A stretch of 63,996 bases of DNA, filler included, from a bacterium (GTDB lineage: Bacteria > JAMOTN01), in assembly GCA_027062325.1 (NCBI GenBank). It is 3 parts of 3 records of this genome, joined end to end, with 100 filler letters (N's around TTAATTAATTAA, not from the genome) between each part and the next. Parts side by side here need not be neighbours in the genome. Positions count along the whole stretch, not along the records: positions 22,427 to 44,672 come from JAMOTN010000068.1; positions 44,773 to 63,996 come from JAMOTN010000072.1; 1 more part is not named here. One strand, 5' to 3'. The position numbers were made by a program, and so were the translations under genes. The notes beneath the pieces are model-generated. The model did not search any database, had not been told where the DNA came from, and saw only the letters and a program-made list of their open reading frames with translations. Below, piece after piece: positions 36,074-45,119 of this stretch. How positions within the stretch are numbered: the stretch's first letter is position 1; the number at the start of each line of letters is the position of its first letter.

Positions 36074-37996
36074 CTACCACTTTATCTTTACTCCTACGAA
36101 AGCTTCGCGTGGAGTTCCGGCATAGTTTTTGACCGGCTGATAATCCTTGTCAGATATGTTGTTAACTCTTACGAAAATCTCAACTTTTTCACTTACTTTA
36201 TACGAAACGTTCAGATCCGCAACGGTGTACGAATCCAGTTTTTCAGTATTATTTGTATCAGTGTAACGCTCCCCAATTGAGCGTACACTCAATTCAGCTT
36301 TTACCTTCTTCTCCTTGTAGCTTACATTGGCAGTAAGTTTATGTTTAGGCTTATACGGAATGTAATTATCGGTGTTGTCATTTTTGGCATTTATGTAGGT
36401 ATAAGAAGCAGACACATCTACATGGTTTGTAAGTTTGTGATTAATTTTAGCTGACCATCCCTTACTTGTAGCTTCATCTACGTTGACAGGCTGCCATTTG
36501 GTTCCAGTATTTTGCCAAGTTATAAGATCGTCGTACTTATTGCGATAGAAAGTCAGTTCCAGTTCGGTTTTTTCAAATTTTTTGGATATGCTGACGTTTA
36601 TCTCACGATTGGTCTCGGGATCTAAATTTGGGTTTCCAGAGCTCCAGCCTGTGTCTGGCCAATACAAATCGTTAAGTGAGGGAGCCTTGAAGCCTTTTGA
36701 ATAATTCATTTTGAAAGTCATATCAGAAACTTTTCTAGCAAAACCTACTTTGAAGGTTGTCTCTGAATCAAAGGCTTCGTTTTTATCAGTTCTAATAGTT
36801 ACATCAACTACGGAAAGAGCATTCTTCTTCTCACTAAGTTTCCACTTGTAGCCCAACCATACTCCAAATGTGTCAACATCCTTTTCATAAGTTGAAGAGG
36901 ATAAGTAGTGCCCGTATTCATGTTTAAAGTCAAATCCTCCTAATAAAATCTGCTTTTCATCTATAACGTGTTTCGCAAGGAATGATGCATCCTCTAATAT
37001 TCCTGTTACATCAGAAGAGTAATACTTATAAGTATCATCGGGATCTTTTGTTTCGGTGTTTTCATAGTATTTGTGCAGTTTTAGAGTATAAGAGGTTTTA
37101 TCTGATACATCTTTTTCTATGCTTATGCCGGCCAAAAATGCTTTTCTGTCCTCGGTATAATTGTTGTCATCGTTGTTCAAACTGAACCCATCAGAAGTTC
37201 CAAAGTCTAAATCGATATCATCATCCCAGTACTTAAATGTAGCTTTGTAAGTGTAGGCACCATCATGATTTACCACTTTTAAAGTGGCATAGTTTTTCTC
37301 AACTCCATCTTCTTCTGTTCCGTTGTAGTAGGCAGAAAATCCATCAGTTTTATAATGTCCAAAGCCGAGATACCAGGATGTGCTTTTGGAATTGCGAGCG
37401 GTGGATAAATAGAATGAAAATGTAGAATCTTTACCTCCAAACAGTTTCAAATTAGAAGTGGTTGTAGCATTTTTAGGGATAACTTCAATTATATTTATAA
37501 CTCCACCCATAGCATCTGATCCATAAGATGAACTGACAGATGTATTGGATAGCTCTACTTTTGTTGGTGCAAAGAGAAATAACATGCCGAAGTCGAAGTT
37601 TCCTGTTGTGGGGCTTTTCACTTGGAAACCGTCTATCAACACCAATGTATCTTTTGAAGAAAGTGAGGAAGCTGTTATTAGAGAAGAGAGCTTACCTGGC
37701 CCTCCGTAGTTGTTAACAGTGAGATTCGAAGAGATGTTTTCCAATGCTTCTGAAAGCGGTTTGAATTCTTCAAGGGATAATTCCTCTGAGCTAATAATTT
37801 CGGTATGCACAGAAGTTAAAGTGGCAGTTTCAGGTATTCTATCAGGGGTAACAACAACTTCAATTTCTGTTCCCTTTGCATAATAATCTACTTTTGCAAA
37901 TGTGAGATTGCCCAGCATCAATAAGAGAAGTAAGAGCAAAGCGAACTTTGCTAACAATGTAAAAAGAGAAAATTCACCTTTAGGTGTGGCCTTCAT
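36074..37996 (-). CDS. TonB-dependent outer-membrane receptor, BtuB-like
   Basis: Signal peptide; TonB box EVVVT; plug TLVLIDG...SSSYGSDAMGGVINII; GFKAPSLNDLYW...GNPNLDPE; NNISDKDY; terminal W. Confidence 0.88.
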   Translation of the reverse strand: MKATPKGEFSLFTLLAKFALLLLLLLMLGNLTFAKVDYYAKGTEIEVVVTPDRIPETATLTSVHTEIISSEELSLEEFKPLSEALENISSNLTVNNYGGPGKLSSLITASSLSSKDTLVLIDGFQVKSPTTGNFDFGMLFLFAPTKVELSNTSVSSSYGSDAMGGVINIIEVIPKNATTTSNLKLFGGKDSTFSFYLSTARNSKSTSWYLGFGHYKTDGFSAYYNGTEEDGVEKNYATLKVVNHDGAYTYKATFKYWDDDIDLDFGTSDGFSLNNDDNNYTEDRKAFLAGISIEKDVSDKTSYTLKLHKYYENTETKDPDDTYKYYSSDVTGILEDASFLAKHVIDEKQILLGGFDFKHEYGHYLSSSTYEKDVDTFGVWLGYKWKLSEKKNALSVVDVTIRTDKNEAFDSETTFKVGFARKVSDMTFKMNYSKGFKAPSLNDLYWPDTGWSSGNPNLDPETNREINVSISKKFEKTELELTFYRNKYDDLITWQNTGTKWQPVNVDEATSKGWSAKINHKLTNHVDVSASYTYINAKNDNTDNYIPYKPKHKLTANVSYKEKKVKAELSVRSIGERYTDTNNTEKLDSYTVADLNVSYKVSEKVEIFVRVNNISDKDYQPVKNYAGTPREAFVGVKIKW

Positions 37997-38238
37997 CTTT
38001 CCTCATCCTCCTTTTCAAATAGTGTTTTAAAACTGATCAAAAATTATACGGCCACACCTGCACCCCATAAACCTGCTACTGGAAAAAACACATCTTAGTG
38101 TTATATAACCAAAAATGGAAAGTTTGGCAAGCTTATAATAAAGTGACTCCTAATGAGGAACATTCAGTGTTATTAGGCAATAAATAAATTAATCGAAATA
38201 GAGATAAAGTACAAAGTATAAAAGGAGGTAGTGCAGAG

Positions 38239-38982
38239 ATGTTTCATCATTTACATGAGAGCTTACATCACTTGATTCATACATTAGTTCACAACTTATC
38301 TTCTGCAGGATGGATGAGCGTTATAATCGCCTTTATGATTGGTTTTTTACACGAGTTTGATCCTATTCACAACAGGTGGATGCTGTTAGCAGCAGCGGTA
38401 GCTGTTGGGAGAAAGCAGCGTCAGTACTGGCTGTTTGCTGTCACTGTTGGAATTTTACATTTTTTTACTAACTTAATCATAGTTTTATTTGTAAAGGGAC
38501 TAGTGTCACATGGAGGGGCAGGGGGAATCGAAAAAGTTGACATAAAAATTTTATCAGGCATATTTTTAATTATGTTGTCATTATATATAATATTTCACAA
38601 ACATGAGCATCATTATGATAGTGGTGGAGAGAAGTCAGGGAAACATAAAGCTTCTCACGAATCAGATAAAAGAGATAAAAATGGCCCCCTTACTACCAAA
38701 GAGACATTTCTTTCAGCTCTTGCAGTTGGAATTACACCTTGTCCGCTGACAGTTCTTATCCTATCCACAGCCTCAACTTTAATGAATTGGCTTCAGACGG
38801 TTTTAGTTGTTTTCTTCTTCCACTTAGGCTTAACTTCTGCAGTCTTAATGTTTACCTATATCATGGCCAGAGTTGGACGTCCGTTTTTTGAAAAACATAC
38901 AGCAAAAGCACGACTCATTTCAGCGATATTGATACTTATTTGGGGAGTTGTGTTGATTCTGCGCTCAAAGTTACTTGGATGA
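38239..38982 (+). CDS. RcnA/NiCoT-like nickel/cobalt transporter
   Basis: GFLHEFDPIH (cf. GALHALEPGH), His-rich N-terminus and loop, GITPCP (cf. GLIPCP); about 6 TM. Confidence 0.75.
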   Translation: MFHHLHESLHHLIHTLVHNLSSAGWMSVIIAFMIGFLHEFDPIHNRWMLLAAAVAVGRKQRQYWLFAVTVGILHFFTNLIIVLFVKGLVSHGGAGGIEKVDIKILSGIFLIMLSLYIIFHKHEHHYDSGGEKSGKHKASHESDKRDKNGPLTTKETFLSALAVGITPCPLTVLILSTASTLMNWLQTVLVVFFFHLGLTSAVLMFTYIMARVGRPFFEKHTAKARLISAILILIWGVVLILRSKLLG

Positions 38983-39507
38983 AATTTCATTTGCTCCCTT
39001 TATAGGTTCCAATACTATTGCAACTGTCTCTGCTTCTACCACTTCTCCTTCTTTAATGTTGACTTTGGTAACTTTCCCAACAAATGGGGCTTTCACTTCG
39101 TTTTGAAGTTTCATAGCCTCCAGTATAAATAGTAGATCTCCTTCTTTTACGATATCCCCTTCAACCACTGCAACTTTTATAATATTACCGGTTATAGGAA
39201 CTTTTATTTCTCCAGATGAACTGGCGTCTTTTGATTTACGTCTTCTAATTGAATCATCCGACACACTCACAAAGTAGTTTTCACCTTCTATATTTAAACT
39301 AAAGCCATCTTCTCTCTTATAAACGTATATTTCAAAACTTTTTCCATCTATTATTGCCGAGAAAGCCTTAAACTCAAGTTTTTTGAGATCTATCACAACA
39401 CTTTCAGAAGTTTCAAAATCAGTAACTTCTATTAGATCTTCGTGATTTTCTACTCTATTTACATCGAATTTGACCTCTTTCTCTCCACAAGAAACTGTTA
39501 CTTTCAT
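38971..39507 (-). CDS. biotin carboxyl carrier protein of an acyl-CoA carboxylase
   Basis: VPITGNIIKVAVVEGDIV...LEAMKLQNEVKAP biotinyl domain. Confidence 0.9.
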   Translation of the reverse strand: MKVTVSCGEKEVKFDVNRVENHEDLIEVTDFETSESVVIDLKKLEFKAFSAIIDGKSFEIYVYKREDGFSLNIEGENYFVSVSDDSIRRRKSKDASSSGEIKVPITGNIIKVAVVEGDIVKEGDLLFILEAMKLQNEVKAPFVGKVTKVNIKEGEVVEAETVAIVLEPIKGANEISSK

Positions 39508-39519
39508 CTACACCACTCC

Positions 39520-41070
39520 TTAGGGGAGGTTTACTGAACTCATTTTGTAAGGGATATTTAGCAATCTCCAGTTTGAATAGGAGGCTGATTTTGAGTTGTC
39601 GCTAATTGTAACTTTATCTGTGGAAGAAGAACTATGAATGGCGGAGAAATCTGTTTCTGTTTTGGCTTTGAAGAACAATGCTGCTGCTATTTTCATTGCA
39701 AGACATTGATATCTTTGAGGACGTTTAAAGTTTTTCTTGCCAAGCCAGTACACGCTATAATTACCTAGTTTAAATGTCTCTTCTGATAGTATCTTTTGTA
39801 AAACCCAAATGTTGGTTTTGACTCCCTCTACCCTAAACTCATCGAGTGCTCGCATGGCTCTGGCTATAGCTTCTTCGCGAGTCGAACCCCATATTATCAA
39901 TTTGCTAATCATGGAATCATACTCCAATTTCACCCTGTCACCGTAATAAACTCCGCAGTCATTTCTAACTCCAGGGCCTTCAGGAAGTCGCAACGCCTCA
40001 ATCTTTCCGGCACTTGGCATCCAATTGTTCTCATAATCTTCTGCGACAATTCTCAGCTCTATTGCATGTCCTATAGGAATTGAAGGTACCTTGATAGATT
40101 TGAGATTTTCTCCTTGAGCAGCTAAAATTTGAAGTTTTATTAAGTCAAGTCCTGTTATAGCTTCAGTAACTGGATGCTCCACTTGGATACGGGTATTTAC
40201 TTCCATGAAATAAAACTCATTTCCATCCACTAAAAATTCCACTGTTGCCGCACCATGGTATTTCGCTTTTTTTATGAGTTTCACCGAGGCTTCTTTTAAT
40301 TTACTTCTAAGTTTTGGAGTCAGAGTGGGAGCTGGTGCCTCTTCTATAATCTTCTGATACCGTCGTTGAATTGAACAGTCTCTCTCAAAGAGAAATAAAA
40401 CATTGCCGTGTTTATCCGACAGTAGCTGAACTTCTATGTGTTTAGGATTTTGCAAGAATTTTTCTATGTAAACTGCAGTTTTGCCAAATGCTTTTTCGCT
40501 TTCTGATACAGATATTTCAAAGTTTTTTATAAGTTCATCCTCGCTCCAACAGATACGTATTCCTCGTCCTCCACCTGCTGCAGCATTTTTTATTATCACC
40601 GGATAACCTATCTGGTTTGCTACTTTTAAGGCTTCTTGAGTGTCATTTATCAGATCGCTTGAAGGAACCATGGGAATTTTGAGCTTTTTAGCTATTTTTT
40701 TGGCTTCAATTTTGTCTCCCAAAAGTTTCATAGCGGTGTGGTCTGGACCTACGAATATTAGATTCATCTTTTCTATTTCCTTCGCAAACTCGTGGTTTTC
40801 TGATAAAAATCCGTACCCCGGATGGATTGCATCTGCTTGAGATTTTTTAGCTATGGAAAGTATCTCTTCCACATTAAGGTAACTCGATACTGGAAAGGCA
40901 TAATCGGCCAAACGCACGTGTATTGAATCCCTGTCGTCTGGAGTGTAGATTGCCACACTCTCTATACCCATATCTTTACAGGTTCTTATTATTCTCACTG
41001 CTATCTCACCGCGGTTTGCTATGAGAAGTTTTTTTATAGTTTTCTTCTTAACATCTTTTTTAAACCACAT
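39520..41070 (-). CDS. accC: biotin carboxylase subunit (AccC/PccA-like)
   Basis: LLIANRGEIAVRIIR, HPGYGFLSEN, GGGRG, RDCSIQRRYQK, EVNTRIQVEHPVTE and YDSMISKL. Confidence 0.9.
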   Translation of the reverse strand: MWFKKDVKKKTIKKLLIANRGEIAVRIIRTCKDMGIESVAIYTPDDRDSIHVRLADYAFPVSSYLNVEEILSIAKKSQADAIHPGYGFLSENHEFAKEIEKMNLIFVGPDHTAMKLLGDKIEAKKIAKKLKIPMVPSSDLINDTQEALKVANQIGYPVIIKNAAAGGGRGIRICWSEDELIKNFEISVSESEKAFGKTAVYIEKFLQNPKHIEVQLLSDKHGNVLFLFERDCSIQRRYQKIIEEAPAPTLTPKLRSKLKEASVKLIKKAKYHGAATVEFLVDGNEFYFMEVNTRIQVEHPVTEAITGLDLIKLQILAAQGENLKSIKVPSIPIGHAIELRIVAEDYENNWMPSAGKIEALRLPEGPGVRNDCGVYYGDRVKLEYDSMISKLIIWGSTREEAIARAMRALDEFRVEGVKTNIWVLQKILSEETFKLGNYSVYWLGKKNFKRPQRYQCLAMKIAAALFFKAKTETDFSAIHSSSSTDKVTISDNSKSASYSNWRLLNIPYKMSSVNLP

Positions 41071-41108
41071 GAGTTTCACCTCACTATTCATAAGGTGACG
41101 GAATTAAT

Positions 41109-41151
41109 AAGTAAAAGGGAGGGGGCAGCGGTGAATCAATGCCACCCCCTC
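41109..41151 (-). terminator. Rho-independent terminator-like hairpin between the carboxyltransferase and biotin carboxylase genes
   Basis: Minus strand GAGGGGGTGGC-loop-GCTGCCCCCTC followed by CCTTTTACTT (11-bp stem with 2 G-U). Confidence 0.65.
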
Positions 41152-41189
41152 AAGGTGCAGGTGGGTGCAGGTGTGGTCAAAGGGGTAAG

Positions 41190-42746
41190 CTACAACGGTA
41201 TGTTGCCGTTCTTTTTAGGTGGAAGGGAGTCACGTTTTGTAAGGAGATATTCCAAGTGTTTGTAAATGAATTTTCGAGTATCCTTTGGGTCTATGACATC
41301 ATCTATGTATCCTGTTTGGGCCGCAACGTAAGGATTTGCAAAGTTTTGCCTATATTCTTCAACTGCAGCTTTGCGTGCTAAAGCTACTTCTTCTTTCTTT
41401 AAGTTCGCAAATTTTCTTTTATAGAGGATGTTAACAGCTCCTTCAGGTCCCATAACGGCAATTTCGGCCGTAGGCCATGCAAGGTTGATGTCAGTCGCAA
41501 GGTGTTTTGACCCCATAACGATGTAAGCACCACCGTATGCCTTTCTGAGAATCACCGTTATCTTTGGTACGGTTGCTTCACTGTAAGCAAACAGAAGTTT
41601 GGCTCCATGAGCTATTATTCCGCTATGCTCCTGCTCAATTCCCGGCATGAAGCCCGGAACATCGACGAGTGTGAGAATTGGAATTTGAAAGGCATTGCAA
41701 AATCTCACAAAGCGAGCAGCTTTAACGGCTGCTTTACAATCTATTGCTCCTGCAAAGTGAAGTGGTTGATTTGCAACTATTCCAACAACTATTCCTCCGA
41801 TGCTTGCAAATCCTATAACTATGTTTGGGGCAAAATTTTCCTGAAGCTCAAAGAAATAGGCATCGTCAACCATTGCTTCTATAACTTTCTTTACGTCATA
41901 CGCCTTCAGAGGATCGGAGGGAACTAAGTTGTACACATGACTAACTTCACGATTTGGATCATCTCTTGATTCAATAATCCTTGGGCCTTCTGCATTATTG
42001 GAAGGTATAAAATTCAGCAGTTCCCTCACCCATGCATATGCATCTTCTTCTGTGACTGCTGCATACGTTGCAACTTGAGTTTTGGTTGTATGAATCTCTG
42101 CTCCACCTAACTCATCTTTTGTGGTCTCAACTCCCATGACAGCCTTTACGACATCTGGACCTGTAACAAACATGTTGGCTATATCTTTAACCATTACCAC
42201 AAAATCTGTAAGAGCTGGTGAGTAAACAGCCCCCCCGGCACACGGTCCGGCTATTATGGAGATTTGAGGTATAGTTCCTGAGTATCTAACATTTCTTAAG
42301 AATATCTCTCCGTAACCTGCAAGTGAGTCAACACCTTCTTGAATGCGCGCCCCACCTGAGTCGTTTATTCCTACAACAGGAGCACCTGTTTTATAAGCTA
42401 AATCTATAACTTTACATATTTTTTCTGCAGCAGCTTTCGATACTGATCCTCCGAACACTGTAAAATCTTGTGAAAACACAAATACAGTGCGCCCATTTAT
42501 CTTTCCCTTACCAACTACTACTGCGTCACCGTAAATCTTCTTCTTCTCCATTCCAAAGTTATGACAACGGTGCACGACGAATCTGTCGATTTCCACAAAG
42601 GAACCTTCATCAAGAAGCAAATTTATTCTTTCACGAGCTGTAAGTTTTCCTTTAGAGTGCTGCTTTTGAATCCTTTCATTGTCATTTGAATAAAGTGCTT
42701 GCTCAAGGCGCTTATTATAGTCATTTATGACATTTGCTATGCTCAT
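41190..42746 (-). CDS. pccB: acyl-CoA carboxylase carboxyltransferase subunit (PccB/MmdA family)
   Basis: GKLTARERI, QDFTVFGGS, DSGGARIQEG, GPCAGGAVYSPALTD, DVPGFMPG, RKAYGGAY and KNGNIPL. Confidence 0.9.
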   Translation of the reverse strand: MSIANVINDYNKRLEQALYSNDNERIQKQHSKGKLTARERINLLLDEGSFVEIDRFVVHRCHNFGMEKKKIYGDAVVVGKGKINGRTVFVFSQDFTVFGGSVSKAAAEKICKVIDLAYKTGAPVVGINDSGGARIQEGVDSLAGYGEIFLRNVRYSGTIPQISIIAGPCAGGAVYSPALTDFVVMVKDIANMFVTGPDVVKAVMGVETTKDELGGAEIHTTKTQVATYAAVTEEDAYAWVRELLNFIPSNNAEGPRIIESRDDPNREVSHVYNLVPSDPLKAYDVKKVIEAMVDDAYFFELQENFAPNIVIGFASIGGIVVGIVANQPLHFAGAIDCKAAVKAARFVRFCNAFQIPILTLVDVPGFMPGIEQEHSGIIAHGAKLLFAYSEATVPKITVILRKAYGGAYIVMGSKHLATDINLAWPTAEIAVMGPEGAVNILYKRKFANLKKEEVALARKAAVEEYRQNFANPYVAAQTGYIDDVIDPKDTRKFIYKHLEYLLTKRDSLPPKKNGNIPL

Positions 42747-42793
42747 ATCGCCCACCCCCAATTGAGTTTTCTGAATCGTTAAAGCTTCAAAGC

Positions 42794-44672
42794 TTAACTG
42801 ATAGACTTTTCCAAGGTGGGCGATGTTGAGTTAGAAAGGGCTTCTCTCAAAATTGTGGGTATTTCATGGATTCTTAAAGCTACTTTTATACCCCTAGTCT
42901 CCAAATATTTCTGTTTACTGATGGCATCTCCCTTCCCACCTTCAACTATCGCTCCTGCATGGCCCATACGACGACCTTGAGGGGCACTTTTCCCAGCAAT
43001 GTAAGCGACAACTGGCTTGGGGTAATTTGTGTTTTTAATATAGTCTGCTGCTGCTTCTTCTGCACTACCTCCTATTTCTCCGATCATGACAACTGCGGCT
43101 GTATGGGGATCATCTTTTAGCAACTCCAATATATCCAAATAATTAGAACCTATAATTGGATCCCCTCCTATACCAATGACAAAGGACTGTCCCATTCCAC
43201 AGCTACTCAAGAGATTTACAACTTCATAAGTTAAAGTTCCACTTCTTGATATGACTGCAATTTTTCCTGGTGTGAATATAGACGCAGGCATGATACCTAC
43301 CTTTGCAATACCTGGAATCATCAATCCCGGACAATTTGGTCCCACTATTTTTACTTCAGGATATGTCCTTTGGACAAAATTTTTTACTTCCAGCATATCC
43401 TTAACTGGAATACCTTCTGTTATGACAACTACATTTTTTATACCGGCTTCTACTGCTTCCAAGATTGCATCCTTTGCAAACGGGGCAGGTACAAAAACAA
43501 GAGAAGTGTCTGCTCCAGTCTGATCCACTGCTTCTGCAACTGAATTGTAAACCGGAACAAAGAATTCTTTATCTTCTGCTTCAAACTTTATGGTAGTGCT
43601 TCCTTTTCCGGGAACAACTCCTCCTACAATTTTGCTTCCATAAAGAAGGCACCTTGAGGCATGAAAACTCCCTTCTCTCCCTGTTATTCCTTGCACGATA
43701 ATTTTATTTATGTTGAGCAGATTTGAACCTTTTTCTGACTTCAAATTAAAGGATTCTTGACTGAACTTTTGGAGGTTTATGGGTTTTCCCTCTGCAATTG
43801 CCACCGCTGCTTCTACCGCTTCCTTCAAGTCTTCAAATATGTAGCACTTATTGTTCAAAGAACGTTGTAGAACTTCTACACCTTCCGCATAATTTGTTCC
43901 GCGCATTCTTATTACAGTTGGGGGAACAGAATCAAGACCAATTTCTTCTACTGCTTCCTTGATACCTGCGGCTATTCTGTCACACCTGACTATGCCTCCA
44001 AAGATATTCACTAGAATACAGCTAACATCAGTTTCAAGAGCCAGTATTTTAAATGCTTCTTTAATCCTATCAACAGTAGCCGTTCCACCAACATCTAAAA
44101 AGTTGGCCGCCTTTCCTCCAGCTGCAGCAATTTCATCCATAGTTGCCATTGCAAGTCCTGCACCATTGACCATGCAGCCAATATTTCCATCCAATTTTAC
44201 AAAGTTTAAACCAATTTTGGTAGCCTTCAACTCCACTGGATCTACTTGTGATGGATCAAACCAGTCGTTCCACTCAGGATGCCTGAAGGAGGCGTTATCA
44301 TCTAGGTTGAGTTTTGAATCTATGGCTATTAGTTCATCATCCTCTGTTAATACAAGAGGATTTATTTCAACTAATGAGGCATCTAACTCTACAAACAAGC
44401 TGTATACTGCTCTTGCAATTTTTACGAAATCCCTCACCAGATTTGGAACGGAGTTAATCAAGCCTGTGTCAAAAAGACCGTAAGCTAGGTTTCTTAACTG
44501 AAAATCTTGAACTCCTATGAGTGGATCTATGTAAATTTTCTTTATAAGCTCAGGTTTCTCCTCTGCAAGTTTTTCTATCTCAACACCACCTTCTGAAGAA
44601 GCTATCATAACTATCTTTTCCGAGGCTCTATCCAAGGTACAGCCTAAATAAAACTCCTTTTTAATATCCACA
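42794..44672 (-). CDS. sucCD: fused succinyl-CoA synthetase beta-alpha (SucC-SucD), 5' end cut by the contig edge
   Basis: SucC motifs (SSEGGVEIE, EINPL, GNIGCMVNGAGLAMATMD, NIFGGIVRCD) run in frame into SucD motifs (VQGITG, GPNCPG, SRSGTLTYE, GIGGD, MGHAGA). Confidence 0.9.
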
Positions 44673-44772
44673 NNNNNNNNNNNNNNNNNNNNNNNNNNNN
44701 NNNNNNNNNNNNNNNNTTAATTAATTAANNNNNNNNNNNNNNNNNNNNNNNNNNNNNNNNNNNNNNNNNNNN
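44673..44772. other. artificial contig linker
   Basis: N44-TTAATTAATTAA-N44. Confidence 0.98.
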
Positions 44773-44904
44773 AGGTTGTTTGAAAGAGGATATAACGACG
44801 AATATGAGAACTAAAAAGACGGTGAGAGTTATTAGTATGACGATTATCTTTTGAGGTGTAGGAAGTTGTTTAATCTTTCCGAAGAATTCTGAAAAAAATC
44901 CCAT
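44773..44904 (-). CDS. 5' fragment of a membrane protein cut by the contig end; FliF-like N-terminus possible
   Basis: MGFFSEFFGKIKQLPTPQKIIVILITLTVFLVLIFVVISSFKQP after a G-rich SD; the amphipathic helix-QKI-TM-P pattern resembles FliF. Confidence 0.4.
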
Positions 44905-44953
44905 TCCCCCTTATCCCCCCTGAAGGTGTTAACTAATTGATTAGACTTAAATA

Positions 44954-44969
44954 ATTGTCATATGACAAT
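44954..44969. promoter_or_regulatory. perfect 16-bp palindrome, candidate transcription-factor operator
   Basis: ATTGTCATATGACAAT in a divergent intergenic region. Confidence 0.55.
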
Positions 44970-45119
44970 CCTTCAAAAAGTTACAAGATGATTTTAACAT
45001 ATACTTTGGGCTCATACCACTTGCCATATAGTTTGTTTGAGAGATTTTATTTTTTTGATACAATCCAAATGTATTTTGTTTGATTAAAAAATGATCAATG
45101 TTAGAGTGGAGGGAGAATT

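Noticed and set aside
37997-38238. Cobalamin riboswitch upstream of the BtuB-like receptor
   Set aside because: The spacer is AT-rich and shared with a divergent gene; no B12-box or GGGAA...GCCACTG core is visible. An Rfam scan would be decisive.
42794-44672. ATP-citrate lyase
   Set aside because: Motifs are canonical SucC/SucD and the protein ends after the alpha subunit with no citrate-synthase-like lyase domain.
45080-45098. FNR box
   Set aside because: The half-sites TTGAT/ATCAA are spaced by 9 nt rather than the required 4.
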